Below are positions 37,537-50,775 of a DNA stretch of 64,000 bases, piece after piece. Under the pieces are notes generated by a model, which made no database searches, was not told where the DNA came from, and worked only from the letters and a program-made list of their open reading frames with translations. Source of the DNA: Felis catus (lineage: Eukaryota); contig NC_058368.1 in NCBI RefSeq assembly GCF_018350175.1, positions 183,150,001-183,214,000 of the forward strand, in the 5' to 3' direction. Position 1 is the first letter of the stretch. The number at the start of each line of letters is the position of its first letter. The position numbers and the translations under genes are program-made.

Positions 37537-37978
37537 TGACAAAGATTCTTTGCTCAACCAAACTTTAGTCAGTCTCCAAAACTTTATTCTAGGTATACCT
37601 GTGTACTTTCTTGTAAAATCTAGTTTTAGCAAAAACCCTGCTAGGTCACTTTAACCAATACACCCACCCTCAATTTCTGATCAACCTTGATCTGATCAGG
37701 TTCCTCATCCTCCACCATCTCCCAAATGATGTCTGATCACTCTGGACTATCTTCGACAAGAATCCTGATGTTTTCTCTTAGCAATTTTCTATCCACTGAC
37801 CACCACCCTCCCCCCCATCCTGCCTCACAGCTTTAAGTTCCCACTGGCCCATGCTATATTCACAGGTTGAACCAATCTTTCTCCCAATGCAGTGGATCCT
37901 GTATTCATGGTCATAGTCCATGATAATGTCTACCTTACCATTTTTAACAAGCGTTATTCAATGTGTTTTTCTTTCACA
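37537..37978 (+). mobile_element. MER31A-like ERV1 solo LTR
   Basis: Starts 'tgacaaagattctttgctcaaccaaactttagtcag', contains 'tctgatcaggttcctcatcctccaccatc' and ends 'tttctttcaca'. TSD tctt/cctt. Confidence 0.88.
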
Positions 37979-38902
37979 CCTTCTATCATACTCATGCTGT
38001 CTCCCTCATTAACAATAGTAACTGAAAATCATTTATATTAATTTCATTCTGACTTAAAACACATCCACTTCCCTTTGAAACTGAATGGACCCTTTTCTGG
38101 AAAAACAGAATCTGTCTTCATAGACATTCGGTAGTTGGATGCGGAGGTATCAAAATGGCTGCTGACAGACCACATCATTTAAAGCAACTTTTTTAGAATA
38201 ACTGATGAGAAGTCATCCATAAAACTCCCCCAAAAGATGCAATATAGGAACTATTGCACTTCCTACCAAATAAAATCATTCAATTTAGAAGGATTTTAGC
38301 AAAATCTTTCCAATTTTGAGTTAATTTTATTTTTCATTTTAGAGGTAAGGGAAAAATAAAACTGTCTTTCCAATGAAGGGCATTTGTAGAAAAGCTTAAA
38401 AGAAATGTATGTTGACAGACCTACCTGTGGTAAAGAACAGGTTTTCTGATGATTGGAGCCAAGATGAGGATTTCCTGCAGACTGAGGTTTCTTAAAGTGC
38501 TTCAGGGTCTCTGTCTGCTATTTTCTTATCTAATGTATCTTCACCTCTCAGCCCTTAATGACAGTGTTCTAAGGACCTAAAAGGGGGGGAAAAGACATTT
38601 TTGAAAAGACTGCTGAGTTATAGCAAAGTCACCTTGTACTTGCTTCCGATGTTGTGCACTCAGGAATATAAAACAGAAACATCTTGTTATAGCAGTCAAC
38701 CTGCTGAATACATGGTCTGGGTGTACAGGCTGGGGCGTATCCAAGCAGTGTAAAAAAGGAGAAGAAAAGACACTCACTGTATGTATACACAAGGTCAGTT
38801 TGGTTTGGGGAATTGCTTTCACAAAGGATGCTACTGCATTTTGTTTGAGAAAGAACGCGGCAGGGGTGAGAGGAGCAGGAGAGAAAAATCTAAACAAGGC
38901 CC

Positions 38903-39190
38903 TTATTCAATACATATTTATGGAGTGCCCACTACACTCAGTTATAATGAAGAACGAGATGCAGATTATGTCTTTCCAGAGTTTCCAGTGCAGCTGAGTA
39001 AAGATTAAAAAAAACCGCAATTATAATGCAATGGGATAAATGTGATGGTAGTAGTTGAAGTGCATGATTATGGTGGAGACCACACAGTTCTAAATTTGGG
39101 AGGAGAAAAAAGGGTCAAGGAAATCTTTCCAGGAAAAAAGACTTCAACCCAGAGAGCTGAAGGCAGTGCAGTGGTTAATCAGGTTAGAAC
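38903..39190 (-). mobile_element. L2 3' end
   Basis: 'ttattcaatacatatttatggagtgcccacta', 'caattataatgcaatgggataaatg', 'gggtcaaggaaatctttccagga'. Confidence 0.7.
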
Positions 39191-39224
39191 ACTGGAGACA
39201 CAGGTACAAAAATTACAAAAGGAA

Positions 39225-39449
39225 GGGGCACCTGGGTGGCTCAGTCGGTTAAGCATCCGATTTCAGCTCAGGTCATGATCTCATGGTTCGTGGGTTCGAG
39301 CCCTGTGTTGGGCTTTGTGCTGACAGCTCAGAGCCTGGAGCCTACTTCTGATTCTGTGTCTCCCCCTCTCTCTACCACTCCCCTGCTCACACTCTGTGTT
39401 TCTCTGTTTCTCAATAATAAATAAATGTTAAAACAATTTTTTTTGTTTT
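39225..39449 (+). mobile_element. CanSINE (SINEC_Fc)
   Basis: Full head and tail. Degenerate TSD aaattacaaaaggaa/aaattacatacaggaa. Confidence 0.97.
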
Positions 39450-41079
39450 AAATTACATACAGGAAGAGGGATGAGCAAGGGCTAAACAAGAAGGTGAGGA
39501 GATGGATCTCACCTTAACTTCTCATGCCTTGTTTAAGAGGCAGGACCTGAACCTATAAAGCACAATTCGATTTTGAGCAACAAAAGCATTGTCTAGTGGA
39601 GTGTTAGTCTCATGGGAGGGCTTAAGAAAGTCTTACTAAATTAATTTTACCAACCTTACTTTCAACCCATTAATAAAAGCTTTCCTAAAGTTAACTTAAA
39701 ATGTCTCAATTTAATGTGTTTTTGGATCTAAATCAAATGAATATATGTAACATATGTATTTTTTTTAAGAAACCAGCTTTTATTTTTTTTAAGACTGAAC
39801 AAAGAAACAAGTTTTTCTTTGGATTTGGCTAAGCTAATATGCTGATAAGATGGCTGTTTGCAAATGGACCAGTTTGTGTCCACAGTGTAATATATATATA
39901 GACACTCATATAAATATGCATTCACATATGTATACACATGTATGCTTTTCTTTTGTTTCTTCCCTTGTCTTTCTTTCTCTCTATTTCTCTCTCCCTCCCT
40001 TCTCTTGCTCCCTTCCTTCCTTTCTCCCTTTCTCCCTTTCTTCCTCTCTTCTATCTTTGATAACTATGTTGGCAAACCTGCATATGTTTAGGAATTTGTA
40101 ATACTTTTGCAGAATAAATTATTTTCATCTAATGAACATATGCAACAAGCAATTTAGCCATATAGTAAAAATATCACATATATCAAATATTAAAATCTAT
40201 TTGATCTGAAGTTCTGAAACAAAGTCATTCAAGTGTATTAACCTACTCATTGGTTTGAAAAGCAGTTTTACATAATTCCCTTTATCAACTGGATTTTTCA
40301 ACTGGTTTCCTCCAGTTTCCTCTAGACAGAGAGAGGAGAGTTCCCTGTTGAAATGTATACACATGGTGGTAACTCTTCAGATTTTAGCCGTCTCATAGAA
40401 CAGTGGTTGTCAACACATGGGCCTACTTTCCTCCTTGGTAGCTTCAGAGCCCCAATCTAATTATCTTTTACCTTAAACGCCAGGCAAAAAGAGCTATCAG
40501 AGAGGAGATGCTGCAGGTGGTAGATCAAAATGGATCGTGTGTTTTACTCGCTGTAAGAACTACTGAGCCTATAGGCACGGTTCCCATAAATGAGCAGTGT
40601 GCACTACCTTTAAGTTCCTCCACCATCAACTTGGATTACACTCAGTTATATGCATTCCAAACCAGTGGTCTAGACCCAGTAATATGAGTGAATTAAATGA
40701 GAGTTCAGTTTCAAGCTAATGAATTTGTAGTGACACATCATTTCTTATAAATCCCCAGTTATGCTGACATGTAGAAATTACATCGTATCCTTTCCTACCT
40801 TTAGGTCATGATCATATTATGCTAAATTTTAAATGCTGTTATTAATTATCCATTGTTACAATAATATGCTATAAGATCTAAGTGAAAAAAAAATCTACCT
40901 CTCAGTGTAAGAACTCCAAAAGAAATGATGTAGTAAAACAATAAAACTTATTTTAAAATTAAAAAATAATTATGGTTTCAGTCATCAAGAAAGCACAGTT
41001 GTGCCATTATACATATGGCGTATTATGTTATGTTTCTTAATTGGTCAGGAAAGTGGTTCTTTCTTCTCTCACTGAAGCT

Positions 41080-41560
41080 TGCTATAGTCACAACGTGTTG
41101 TGTTTGCCTACTCAGAGCGATCCTCTCTCTTCTGGAAATAGATGACCTCAATTACTTGTTAGAGAACATGATCCCTTCATTCAGCTATCATTTTGACGGG
41201 ATACTTATATGAGGTGCTGATTTTAATATTAGCATAATATAGGTGGAAAATGACCCAAATTAGGTCAATCAAAATCTCTCTCAGGAATTTGAATACTGAG
41301 TACAATGAACTAATGAAAAAGTTTCTTCATTCTGTTACAGTGGGAACCTGATGATTCTTTTAAATTGTTTTAAATCCCCAGATCCTAGGAGTTATCTTAT
41401 TTCTTCCTTTCTAGAAGACTTGGTGGTCTACTTTTCCATTCATTCTATGAGCTGCCCCATTTATTAAACAAACTAACAAAACAAAAACCACTTTAAAAAA
41501 AATTCTCAAGGTAGCCATTGATGGTTTCTATTGCTTGTAACCAAAGAAACCTGACATAAA
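41080..41560 (+). mobile_element. Old ERVL LTR (LTR33/LTR41-like)
   Basis: 'ctctcttctggaaatag', 'atgacccaaattaggtcaatcaaaatctctctcaggaattt', and a 3' end 'ggtttctattgcttgtaaccaaagaaacctgac'. Confidence 0.55.
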
Positions 41561-41619
41561 GACTGAGAGCAAAGCTCATAGGGGATAAGCAAGTGCTGAA
41601 AGAAATGTATTATAATTCA

Positions 41620-42440
41620 AAATTTTAAGTATTATAGGAAGAAACAAACAGTACATTAGGAGGAAATAAAGGAGGGTGAGCTCGTGTTTTCTTAAAAATA
41701 AGTTTTTATGGATGAAATGAAGGAATCAGTGGGATTTTCAGAAATGACAGGATTAGAACTTGCCTAAGGAGGAGGGGGCAACATCAGCAAAGGGATCAAG
41801 GAAGGACAAGTTCAAGATGGGATCAAGGGTTAGCAATATTCCCAGTTCACACATATGTCCTGGGGAACACAGAAATGGGAGAAAAGATTGGGAGGATTGA
41901 TTTTTCCACTTTTAAAATAAATGTTTATTGTGGTTCTGTGAGGAAATGGTAAATACAACAAACATGTTCCCTACCTTCAGGAAACTGATACCACTACAGA
42001 GGAGAGCCAGAAATGGCTAACAAAAACATTCTCCAAAAAACAAATAAATTACTTAAAAAATGCAACACATTTTGTGTGGGAAAAAAGGAGCTAAGATAGA
42101 GAATAACGGCAGGGATTGAGGGGTGGTATGAAGGGAGAACTGGAGGAAGGCAGTGATATTTTAGATACAAATTAAATAATGGGAAATGAGAAGAATGGGG
42201 AATTCCAGGGAAAGGAACAGAACCTATAAATATCCTAGGGAGGGAAGACTTTGACTTGTTCTCAGAATTGATTGGTGGTGACTCCAGCCAGGTACACAAA
42301 GGAGACTATAGAATAAGACAATCCTGGAGAAACAGGCGGGGGCCAGATCACATAGGTTTTATATCCTAGAGAGGAGTTTGGAATATATTTCAAATTTATG
42401 AGTAAGCTCTTTACATTTTATAAGGATCAACTTAAGGGTT
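41620..42440 (-). mobile_element. L2 fragments
   Basis: 'aaataaatgtttattg...tgttccctaccttcaggaaact', 'gggaattccagggaaaggaacag', 'ggggccagatcacatagg'. Confidence 0.6.
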
Positions 42441-42660
42441 ATGGGGGGGGCAATTAGTCTTGAATGATAAGTGAGATTTATGTGATGAAGAAATGTGAGG
42501 AATCAAGAAGGGCATATCATAGCAGACATAATGGGAAATTTAAATGGAAGCATGATGTAGGATTTTTTTTTAATCCACTAGATGATTTAGAACTACTGAA
42601 AGAAGTATTTATTATAGTAATAACTACCAATATTATATTATTCATAATATATCTCTACTT

Positions 42661-42919
42661 TTTTAATTTTATTTAAAAAATTTATTTAATGTTTATTTAT
42701 TTTTTGAGAGAGAAAGAAAGCACAAGCCAGGGAGGGACAGAGAGAAAGAGAGAGAGAGGGAGAGGAAAAGAGAGTGTGCCACAGAATCCAAAGCAGGCTC
42801 CAGGCTCTAAGCTGTCAGCACAGAGCCCAATGGGGGGGGGGGGGCTCGAACTCATGAACCATGAGATCATGACCTGATCTGAAGTCGGATGCTTAACAAA
42901 GTGAGCCACCAGGTGCCCC
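42661..42919 (-). mobile_element. CanSINE with an internal G13 run
   Basis: Antisense and full length. Degenerate TSD tatctctactt/tatttctactt. Confidence 0.96.
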
Positions 42920-43139
42920 ATGTATTTCTACTTCTAATGTGCTATAGTGCTTATACTTCCTACTATGTAATTAGCACTTAATTACATGCTGACCAGTATG
43001 ATATATTTTATATTATATGTTGTTTCCCACCTAGATTGAAAATATTTTGAGAACAGTGCCCATGCCATATATTTCTGTATTTCTCACGTTACCACATTAC
43101 CTAGCTTATATTTGATATAAATATGAATTATTAATAATA

Positions 43140-43375
43140 ATAAATATATACTTAATGCTTACTATGCCCTAGGCACTGTGCTAAGGGCCTTTACATGTAT
43201 AAATTCACTTAATCCTCATTCTAATTCTATGAAGAAGTCCCAGTATTATCTGTGCTAAGGGACTTTACATGTATAAATTCACTTAATCCTCATTCTAATT
43301 CTATGAAGAAGTCCCAGTTATTATTTTATAGATGAAAAAAATAAATTTGCCATAATGAAGTCCCTTGTCCACTTA
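43140..43375 (-). mobile_element. MIR carrying an internal 74-bp tandem duplication
   Basis: 'gcttactatgccctaggcactgtgctaagg...ttcacttaatcctca...ttttatagatgaaaaaa'. Confidence 0.85.
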
Positions 43376-44417
43376 CTACTAATTGATTAATTGACTTACA
43401 ATGTTTTAGAAATGGAAAAAAAATATAAGTATCTGGTCAGGTAGACTCTTGGTCAGAGGATTTTGAAAATAATATATGTGAATAACATTTTCATGAAATT
43501 TCATTCCCTGGTGCTTTTGGAAATCAATTACAAATCTGTCCAGTGTGATAGAATTCCACAAATTTCCTCCTTGTGCCTTTATTAACTATTTTCATATTTA
43601 ATAATGGAAGAGTTTATATAGTAGAGATTATATGACACTGTCTCATTTACCCTCTCTTTCATTTAATTAAACTGAACTATATTTCTCCTACTGCTAAATA
43701 AAAAAGATGAGTACAGATTGATTCTATAGTATATGTGAATGATTCATTTTTTCTAGATCCTAAGCATTTCTAACATCTAAATATATATGCAGAAATACCC
43801 ATCAAATAATGATTGTGACACAGATTATGATTGGGGCCCAATCATCTCAACAGATAAAGATGCCATGAAGTTTAAAAGAGAAAGGAGACAGTGATATGAA
43901 GGGGAAAAAAATAGCAAACACAACACTAATGGGAATAAGAAGAAAACATAAAGACTGTCAAAGAAAATTACAGTTGGGCTCACTACGGGAGGACACAAAA
44001 AGGAAACAAAAATAAAAATAATTTAGCTTCTACCCTGAGGCATAGAGCTATAAAAACAATGGAGGAATTTTAATTGGGCAAAAGTGCTCTAAATGTTTGC
44101 TTAAAACTATTTCTCTCCTTAAAACACAACCACAGTGATGCCACACTTGACATTTGCTCACAGTCCATTCTCCTCACCCAAAGTTGAAATTTTGTAAACA
44201 GGCCATTCCAGTTTCTATTTTGGTTCACATTCTGAATGCAAATAATTACGTCTCACGCCCCTCAGGAAGAGAGAATTTAAATAATAAGTGGAAGACAGTA
44301 TTAAAACAAATATCAACACACCTATCTGTGCAGAAAATCAGACAGATGAGACAAGTTGTTTGGCAACAGAAGTAGTGGAGATGAAGGAGATATGGGGAAA
44401 ATGAGAACACCATCATC

Positions 44418-44439
44418 ACACACACACACACACACACAC
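44418..44439. repeat. (CA)n microsatellite
   Basis: Direct reading. Confidence 0.95.
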
Positions 44440-44459
44440 TTAGACCCTGATTATTTTAA

Positions 44460-44675
44460 TTTTTTTTTTCCAACGTTTTTATTTATTTTTGGGACAGAGA
44501 GAGACAGAGCATGAACGGGGGAGGGGCAGAGAGAGAGGGAGACACAGAATCGGAAACAGGCTCCAGGCTCCGAGCCATCAGCCCAGAGCCTGATGTGGGG
44601 CTCGAACTCACGGACCGCGAGATCGTGACCTGGCTGAAGTCGGACGCTTAACTGACTGCGCCACCCAGGCACCCC
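44460..44675 (-). mobile_element. Young feline SINE (SINEC_Fc1-type)
   Basis: Same diagnostic positions as the 9438 copy. TSD CCCTGATTATTTTAA at 44445-44459 and 44678-44692. Confidence 0.98.
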
Positions 44676-45794
44676 ATCCCTGATTATTTTAAAAACTTCA
44701 AGCGTTTAGATTTGCCCAGTTCTTCCAGGAATAATTCATTATCTGGCCATGTTTAATATCTTTTCCACTCTCTCTGCCCCTCTTCCCCACTCCTAATTTT
44801 GTGAAAGTTTCTTGGCTTACAGAAAATTGTTTCATTCAGAAATATTAGGATCACAACAGGCTGATTAATAACTGTGTTGAAAAGCTAAATTTTGGTGATA
44901 GACCACATAAATCTTTCTTATATGACATGTCGGTTCTGCAGCCTGTAGGGGTGATAGAGTTTAGATCTTAGGTTTAACTGAATTTCTTTCAGAGCTCTGG
45001 CAAAAGAGGACCACAAAGAAAATGCCATTAGAGGCATTCATATTTTCTTAATGGAAACCAAGTTTCTCTTGGTTTAGGAAAACTCTGCAAATTATCACTG
45101 GCTATTTGGGTAAAGTTAGAAAAAATGCCATAATAACATGTGACTGAAAATTCTTTTAAAATAATATTTAAAGGCAATCCTCAATTTTTCAAGAATTTAG
45201 AGAATTATTTACTTGTTGCCTCATTTAGTACTCAAAATCAATTTAGCCTAAAGCATTTTAATTAATATAAAAGACCCAGAAATATGTGAAAATGACATTT
45301 TATAAACATCATATGGCTTCATAATTTGGGGCCAATTTACACATATTACATTTTTTTCTTATACATATTACAAAATATCCTCCTTGTTTTTAACCATTTA
45401 TTTCACTTTATTCATACATTTTCTCACCAGAGAAGCAGTTTTTAAAAGGAACACCTATCAAAATATCATGGGACACTAGTGTTCAGCAAACATAATTTAA
45501 GAAATGCTAACAAGATTGTTTTTTCCCTTCCCTGAATAAAACAGCAACTCAGAAACTTGGTCAAGGAAGCAGGGCATTTAAGAGATGCAGAAATTAGTCT
45601 AGAAGTTGAAGATGAAGGAAAGGGAATACTGTTCGAAGTGAAGTCACAAAATTAAGGCCCTTACAACATTGTGGAACTTTCTGAAAATCAGCCGCTCTTC
45701 ATATGTATGGACTGATTTGTGGTTCTATCTCAAACATTACAGATTTTCTCTGTTCCTAACTTTGTCTTAATAACATACAATAAAGTCAGTAAAC

Positions 45795-46020
45795 TGTTGT
45801 GTTAATAGCACAGACCCTGGAACATGACTGTAGGTCCTAAGCCCTTTCTGCCTCTTACTTCTTGACCTTTGGAAAGTAATTTAATCTCCCTATACCTCAT
45901 TTTTTTCATCTGGGAAGTGAAAATAACACCAATACCTACCTCATAAGTTGTTATGTTGGTTAGTATTTATAAAGGCCTTAGAAAAAAGACTGTGGCATAG
46001 TAATGCTATATAAGTGTAAA
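45795..46020 (+). mobile_element. MIR
   Basis: 'tgacctttggaaagtaatttaatctccctatacctcattttttcatctg', 'aatacctacctcataagttgtt'. Confidence 0.85.
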
Positions 46021-47233
46021 ATAAGTATATGAAGTTAAAAAATACGTTGAGTCAGTAAAGGATCAATTAGGCACCTAAGCTAGTCCAAGCCATGAGGTAC
46101 ATGATGCACAAGGTAGAACAGGTCAAATCTGTGAATTATGCAGCTCATGTCCTAGAGAAAAATAATAGAAATAAGTGTGTCAACAAATAAATAAGATTTT
46201 TGGATGGAGGTATGGATATGAAGAAATGAGTGTTGAGTGATAGGGAGGAGAATCTCTCATTGGGAATCTCTTTGAGAATCTCTTCTGGGACCTGGTGTTT
46301 GAGATGAGAAGGTAGTATAGGCATAAGAAACAGGGACTCTAAGAACTTAGCAGTGAGAATTACAGACTGTTCCCGAGACAAGGGGCAAGGAGCTCAGAGA
46401 AGGAAGTGAAAAGGAATATATAACGCCAGAGAAGCAGGCAGCCCTTTCCCGTTAGCCAGGACTTAGTTTTGGATTTTAAGCACAATGGAAAACCAATGCA
46501 CGATTTAAAACTGAGGACGAAGTTGATCTATCTAGTTTAACTGGTAACAAACTCCTTTCTTTCTGCATGGTGACTAAAACCCAGTGTGCATTGGTATGAC
46601 TTACTTTTTGCATTGTCATGGTGCTTTTGATCCCGAAGTGTAGCTTGCTATTGAGTCAATAAATGCAAATGATGCTTATTGGATGGTATATGTGTATCTG
46701 TCACTAACAGGTTTTATTTCCTAATTGCTGGTTAGCTACATTCATCTAGTTATATATAAATCCAGTTACACTTTTTCTCTCACTCTATTTCACTCATCCA
46801 AAGTTTGGTTGATAATTCCTCTTTCATTTCTTGCCATAAACCCTGGATCAGCTATAGGCAGCGAACTGTAGTTATATGATGCGCTAAGCACCTTTTACAG
46901 GATAAAGGCCTTCTTTATTACTAGACTATTGTGGTACTTAAAATTTCTCTATGGTTCTGCAAAAATTTGGTGGTTGCTTGCTCAGATGTCTTTAAGTTTT
47001 GGGCATAGTTTGCTGGTTGGTTGAGGTTATTAATCATAATATTCAAATACATAATTTTAATTTATGCCCATTCTGTTTCTCCAGTAAAACCAGGTAGTAA
47101 AAAAACACATTTTTGCATGAAAAAGCCCTATCTTATAGATTCAATAGGGCACTAAACTGTGAATATCTTAAACTTTTAAACATAAGTAAAGCCAAATTTC
47201 AGCGTTTAGCATTGAAGTTATTTAGCATTTTTC

Positions 47234-47448
47234 TTTTTTTTTTTTAACGTTTATTTATTTTTGAGACAGAGAGAGACAGAGCATGAACAGGGGAGGGTCA
47301 GAGAAAGAAGGAGACACAGAATCTGAAACAGGCTTCAGGCTCTGAGCTGTCAGCACAGAGCCCGACGCGGGGCTTGAACTCACGGACCACGAGATCATGA
47401 CCTGAGCCGAAGTTGGACGCTTAACCGACTGAGCCACCCAGGCGCCCC
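47234..47448 (-). mobile_element. CanSINE (SINEC_Fc)
   Basis: TSD TATTTAGCATTTTTC at 47219-47233 and 47449-47463. Confidence 0.98.
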
Positions 47449-48885
47449 TATTTAGCATTTTTCAAATACAGTAACCATGATCTTATCAGAATGCTTTCCG
47501 CCAAACTCCCTGTACCTAAATTCAATAATTATTATTATTTTCTCTTTGTGAATGAGTTTTTCCTTAATTATTTAATATCCTTTACTGATTGAATACCCAC
47601 TTTGGAAAGCTATGTTGGCTAAACATTAATATTGTCCTTTGCTTTGTTTCAATTGTAACAAGAAATTAGGGGACTTGTTTCTGGCATTCAGGTGTCTCCC
47701 TACTGAGAAGAATAAGCTGATTAACTGGATGCATGTTTTAGTCTTATGAAGTCTGTGATTTGTTATAGTCTCATGACTTTTAATACTTTGATCTCATTTT
47801 TATTCTTTTCAGTTTTTCTGATAAAAACCCTGATTTCTTTAAACTCAAACCATAGAATTATGCGTATGTATGGGGTTAGCTTCCCTAAGTCTATGTTAAA
47901 TTAAATATTGACTTTGTGAGCTCTATATCATTTATTATTTACCATTCTCAATCTGTGGAATTTATTAAAAAATTGATAAGAATGCCTGGTAGTGAAATCC
48001 CCACAGATGTCAAATTGGATGACCCATCCAAACCAATCACAAAATTGACAGATCTACGGTTACTTCAATAAAAATGACACAATTTGACTTTACCAGGGTC
48101 TGATATTTTTAAAGGACACTTTGAGATATTTTCTTTGAAGGAATAATGTTCTTCAATTTTAGAAAACTACTTTTTTTTTTCTTCCAGAAAATGCTTTCTT
48201 GTGAGCCTTATTAGCGTTTCTGTTCTTTCTGCCTTTTCCTAGAAGTTGATTTCTCATTCTTCGGCACTTTGGAAAATGTTGGGAGAGAATTTCAAGTATT
48301 TAAAAAAATATTTTTAGCAGATTTACCTTTTGTGCAAAGTGTCAGACAGTTCAAGGGGGCACCCTGAGCTTTCTCACATCTTTTGTCAGCAGAAGAGAAT
48401 TTCATCCCTAAAGAACAGTTGTTCACATTACAAAAATAAGTCTCCTATGCAGGTGCCCTTGCTGGTACCCTCCAGAGAAAGGACAAAAAATAAATGATCC
48501 TATAGACTGATTAACCTACTCTCTGTCCCATCACCAAACCTAGGGCTCTTGGTAAAGTGGTAATGAAAGGTTCTGCAGGGTTTCGAAAATGCTTTCCAGT
48601 TTCCTAAACAGTTTTTTAAACCTCTATCATATGACTGTTTTCTAATTTAGCTTCCGTGGGCAGAGGTCATATAAGTAAAGAACAAAATGTCAAATGAAGC
48701 ATAGTAGCCTTGAGAATAATGTTAAAAATATCTGTTACCATTCTTTCAAACTCATGATGTTAAGCATATCAATAGATCTGGTTAAAAGAAAGGGGGAAAG
48801 CTCCCTACTTTCAAGTCTATGCAATTATCAAACAAAAACTTACCCTCTATGACTCAAGCTATCTGTTCACACATACATAGTTAGC

Positions 48886-49063
48886 ACAGTTTTTCAAGCC
48901 ACTCTGCACTTTAGAATCCCTTGGGGACCTTGTAAAACTTCCCATTGCTGGAGTTCCAGCCCCAGGGAATCTGCTTTAATCGTCCCACAAATGGGAGAAG
49001 GTATTGGCATGTGTTAGTCAGTGCTTCCCCAGATGACTCTAATATACAGTCACGACTGAGCTG
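48886..49063. mobile_element. MER5A-like hAT MITE
   Basis: 'cagtttttcaa...tgcactttagaatcccttgggga' and 'ccccagatgactctaatatacag'. Confidence 0.7.
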
Positions 49064-49834
49064 GGGAAGACAGACACCTCTCTTCCAGTGTGTGGTTGAA
49101 AATATCTGAAAGGTAAAATTATTAGGAAGAATTATTCATTCTGATGAAAATAAGGCTCATCTGGAGATGGCTGGCTGTGTGTTTCACTAGCATTTATTTT
49201 TTTCTGCATATGCAATTACTCACTCCATGGTTTTATTGTTAGTCTTAGTATGATTAGTAGTAGTACGGCTTCTGTTAACCCATCTTTTGGTTAATCAATA
49301 AATCAACATATATATTTAGATTCACTGCTCTGTGGTAAGTTCCAAACATCAACAACAGCGACAAAATTAAACTTGATCCTTGAACTCAGGGAAATTACCC
49401 ATGTTGTGCATGTTGCTCTGAAGACAAAAGGGCTGAGGAGGGATACAGATGGTAAAGAAAACAGGACTGGGTTCATGCACTGTTACATTTCTAATATTGA
49501 AGTTTAGGGGAGAGAGGTTCTTAGGAAAGCCACAGATGCAGGTGACATTTTTAAATGCTATGCTCTATCATTGACATCGGACAAACAACTCTATGTTCCA
49601 TCCATTCCTGCTTTCCAATTCATTCAATACTCAGTAATCAGAAGCTTTGGACAGTACAGCATGTATTAGGTAGTATGCCTTTTACAGTAGAAGAGTCGTG
49701 TTTTGCAATGAGCTGTCACTGTACAAGTAGATTGGCTGGGATGTGTGGTTACCTCTGTGTTATTGACAGAGATTAGTAATACTGTAGTGAATCTTTGAAC
49801 AGCAATGCCATATGTCTCAAAATTGTATTATAAT

Positions 49835-50185
49835 AAAGTGATTAAGAGCATGGCCTCTGGAATCAGACTCCCTAAACTTTTAGGATTAGTGAGTGTGCTC
49901 AGACTAATAATAATTTCATCTTTAGGCCTTGCGTATCCCTATCCCTAAACTGAGGTTAATAGTACATATTTAATGAAGTGCCTCCCTGACTCAGTCAGTA
50001 GAGCATGTGATTCTTGATCTCAGGGTCATGAGTTCAAGCCCCATGCTAGGCATGGAACTTACTAAAAAAAAAAAAAAAAGTATATTTCAGTTGGTTTTTG
50101 TAAAATTACTTTCAGATTCCATATCAAGTATTCAACAGTGTACCTAGTACATGTCAGTCCTCAAGAAAATGCAAGTTTATGATTA
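49835..50185 (+). mobile_element. MIR interrupted by a short SINE
   Basis: 'gtgattaagagcatggcctctggaatcagactccct' ... 'acagtgtacctagtacatgtcagtcctcaagaaaatg'. Confidence 0.75.
49975..50079 (+). mobile_element. Short old carnivore tRNA-SINE without a CT tract (SINEC_old-like)
   Basis: 'gactcagtcagtagagcatgtgattcttgatctcagggtcatgagttcaagcccca' followed by a pure A tail. Confidence 0.85.
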
Positions 50186-50567
50186 TTCTTTTTTGTTGCT
50201 GTTATATTGTTATTTATTACTACAAGTAATGCAAATATGCCTCACTGTGCATCCTAGGGTAAGAGACCATCAACTAACAAAATAAACAGAGGGGCAAAGC
50301 TTTACTAACAGAATCATAGATTAAAAAGCTATAATGGTAGAAAGTCATGCTCAGCCTAAAACAGTATTGAAGATGTGTAATGACAAAATGTCCTTCATGA
50401 AAATGGGAACACTGGGAATGTTCACAACCCACTGTTATAAAATTACAGGATCAACTTTGGCAATGTTGGCAAAATGTGGGTGGTAGACTGTTCAACAAAA
50501 TCAAGTTAGAAATGCTAGTTTTAGCTTTTATATGTTGTCCTTTAGTAATTAAGAGTAACGCAGTGAT

Positions 50568-50774
50568 GGGGCGCCTGGATTGCTCAGTCGGTTAAGTGCC
50601 CAACTTCAGCTCAGGTCATGATCTCACCGGTTTGTGATTTCGAGCCCCACATCGGGCTCTGTGCTGACATCTTGAAGCCTGGAGCTTGCTTCCAATTCTG
50701 TGTCTCCCACTCTCTCTCTGCCACTCCCCCACTCACACTCTGTCTCTCTCAAAACTAAATATACATTAGAAATT
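50568..50774 (+). mobile_element. CanSINE, left unit of a tandem pair
   Basis: Head 'ggggcgcctggattgctcagtcggttaag'. Left TSD at 50551-50566. Confidence 0.96.
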
Positions 50775-50775
50775 C

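Noticed and set aside
43176..43324. CRISPR-like repeat array
   Set aside because: This is eukaryotic DNA with only two adjacent copies and no spacers. No array exists anywhere in the window.
47255..47458. Recurrent peptide 'WVAQSVKRPTSAQVMIS...' (also near 15.2, 18.3, 34.6, 39.2, 42.7, 50.7 and 53.3 kb) as a small-protein family
   Set aside because: It is the translation of the CanSINE consensus.
49975..50079. tRNA gene
   Set aside because: It has a tRNA-like body with an A tail and no paired acceptor stem, so it is a short carnivore SINE.
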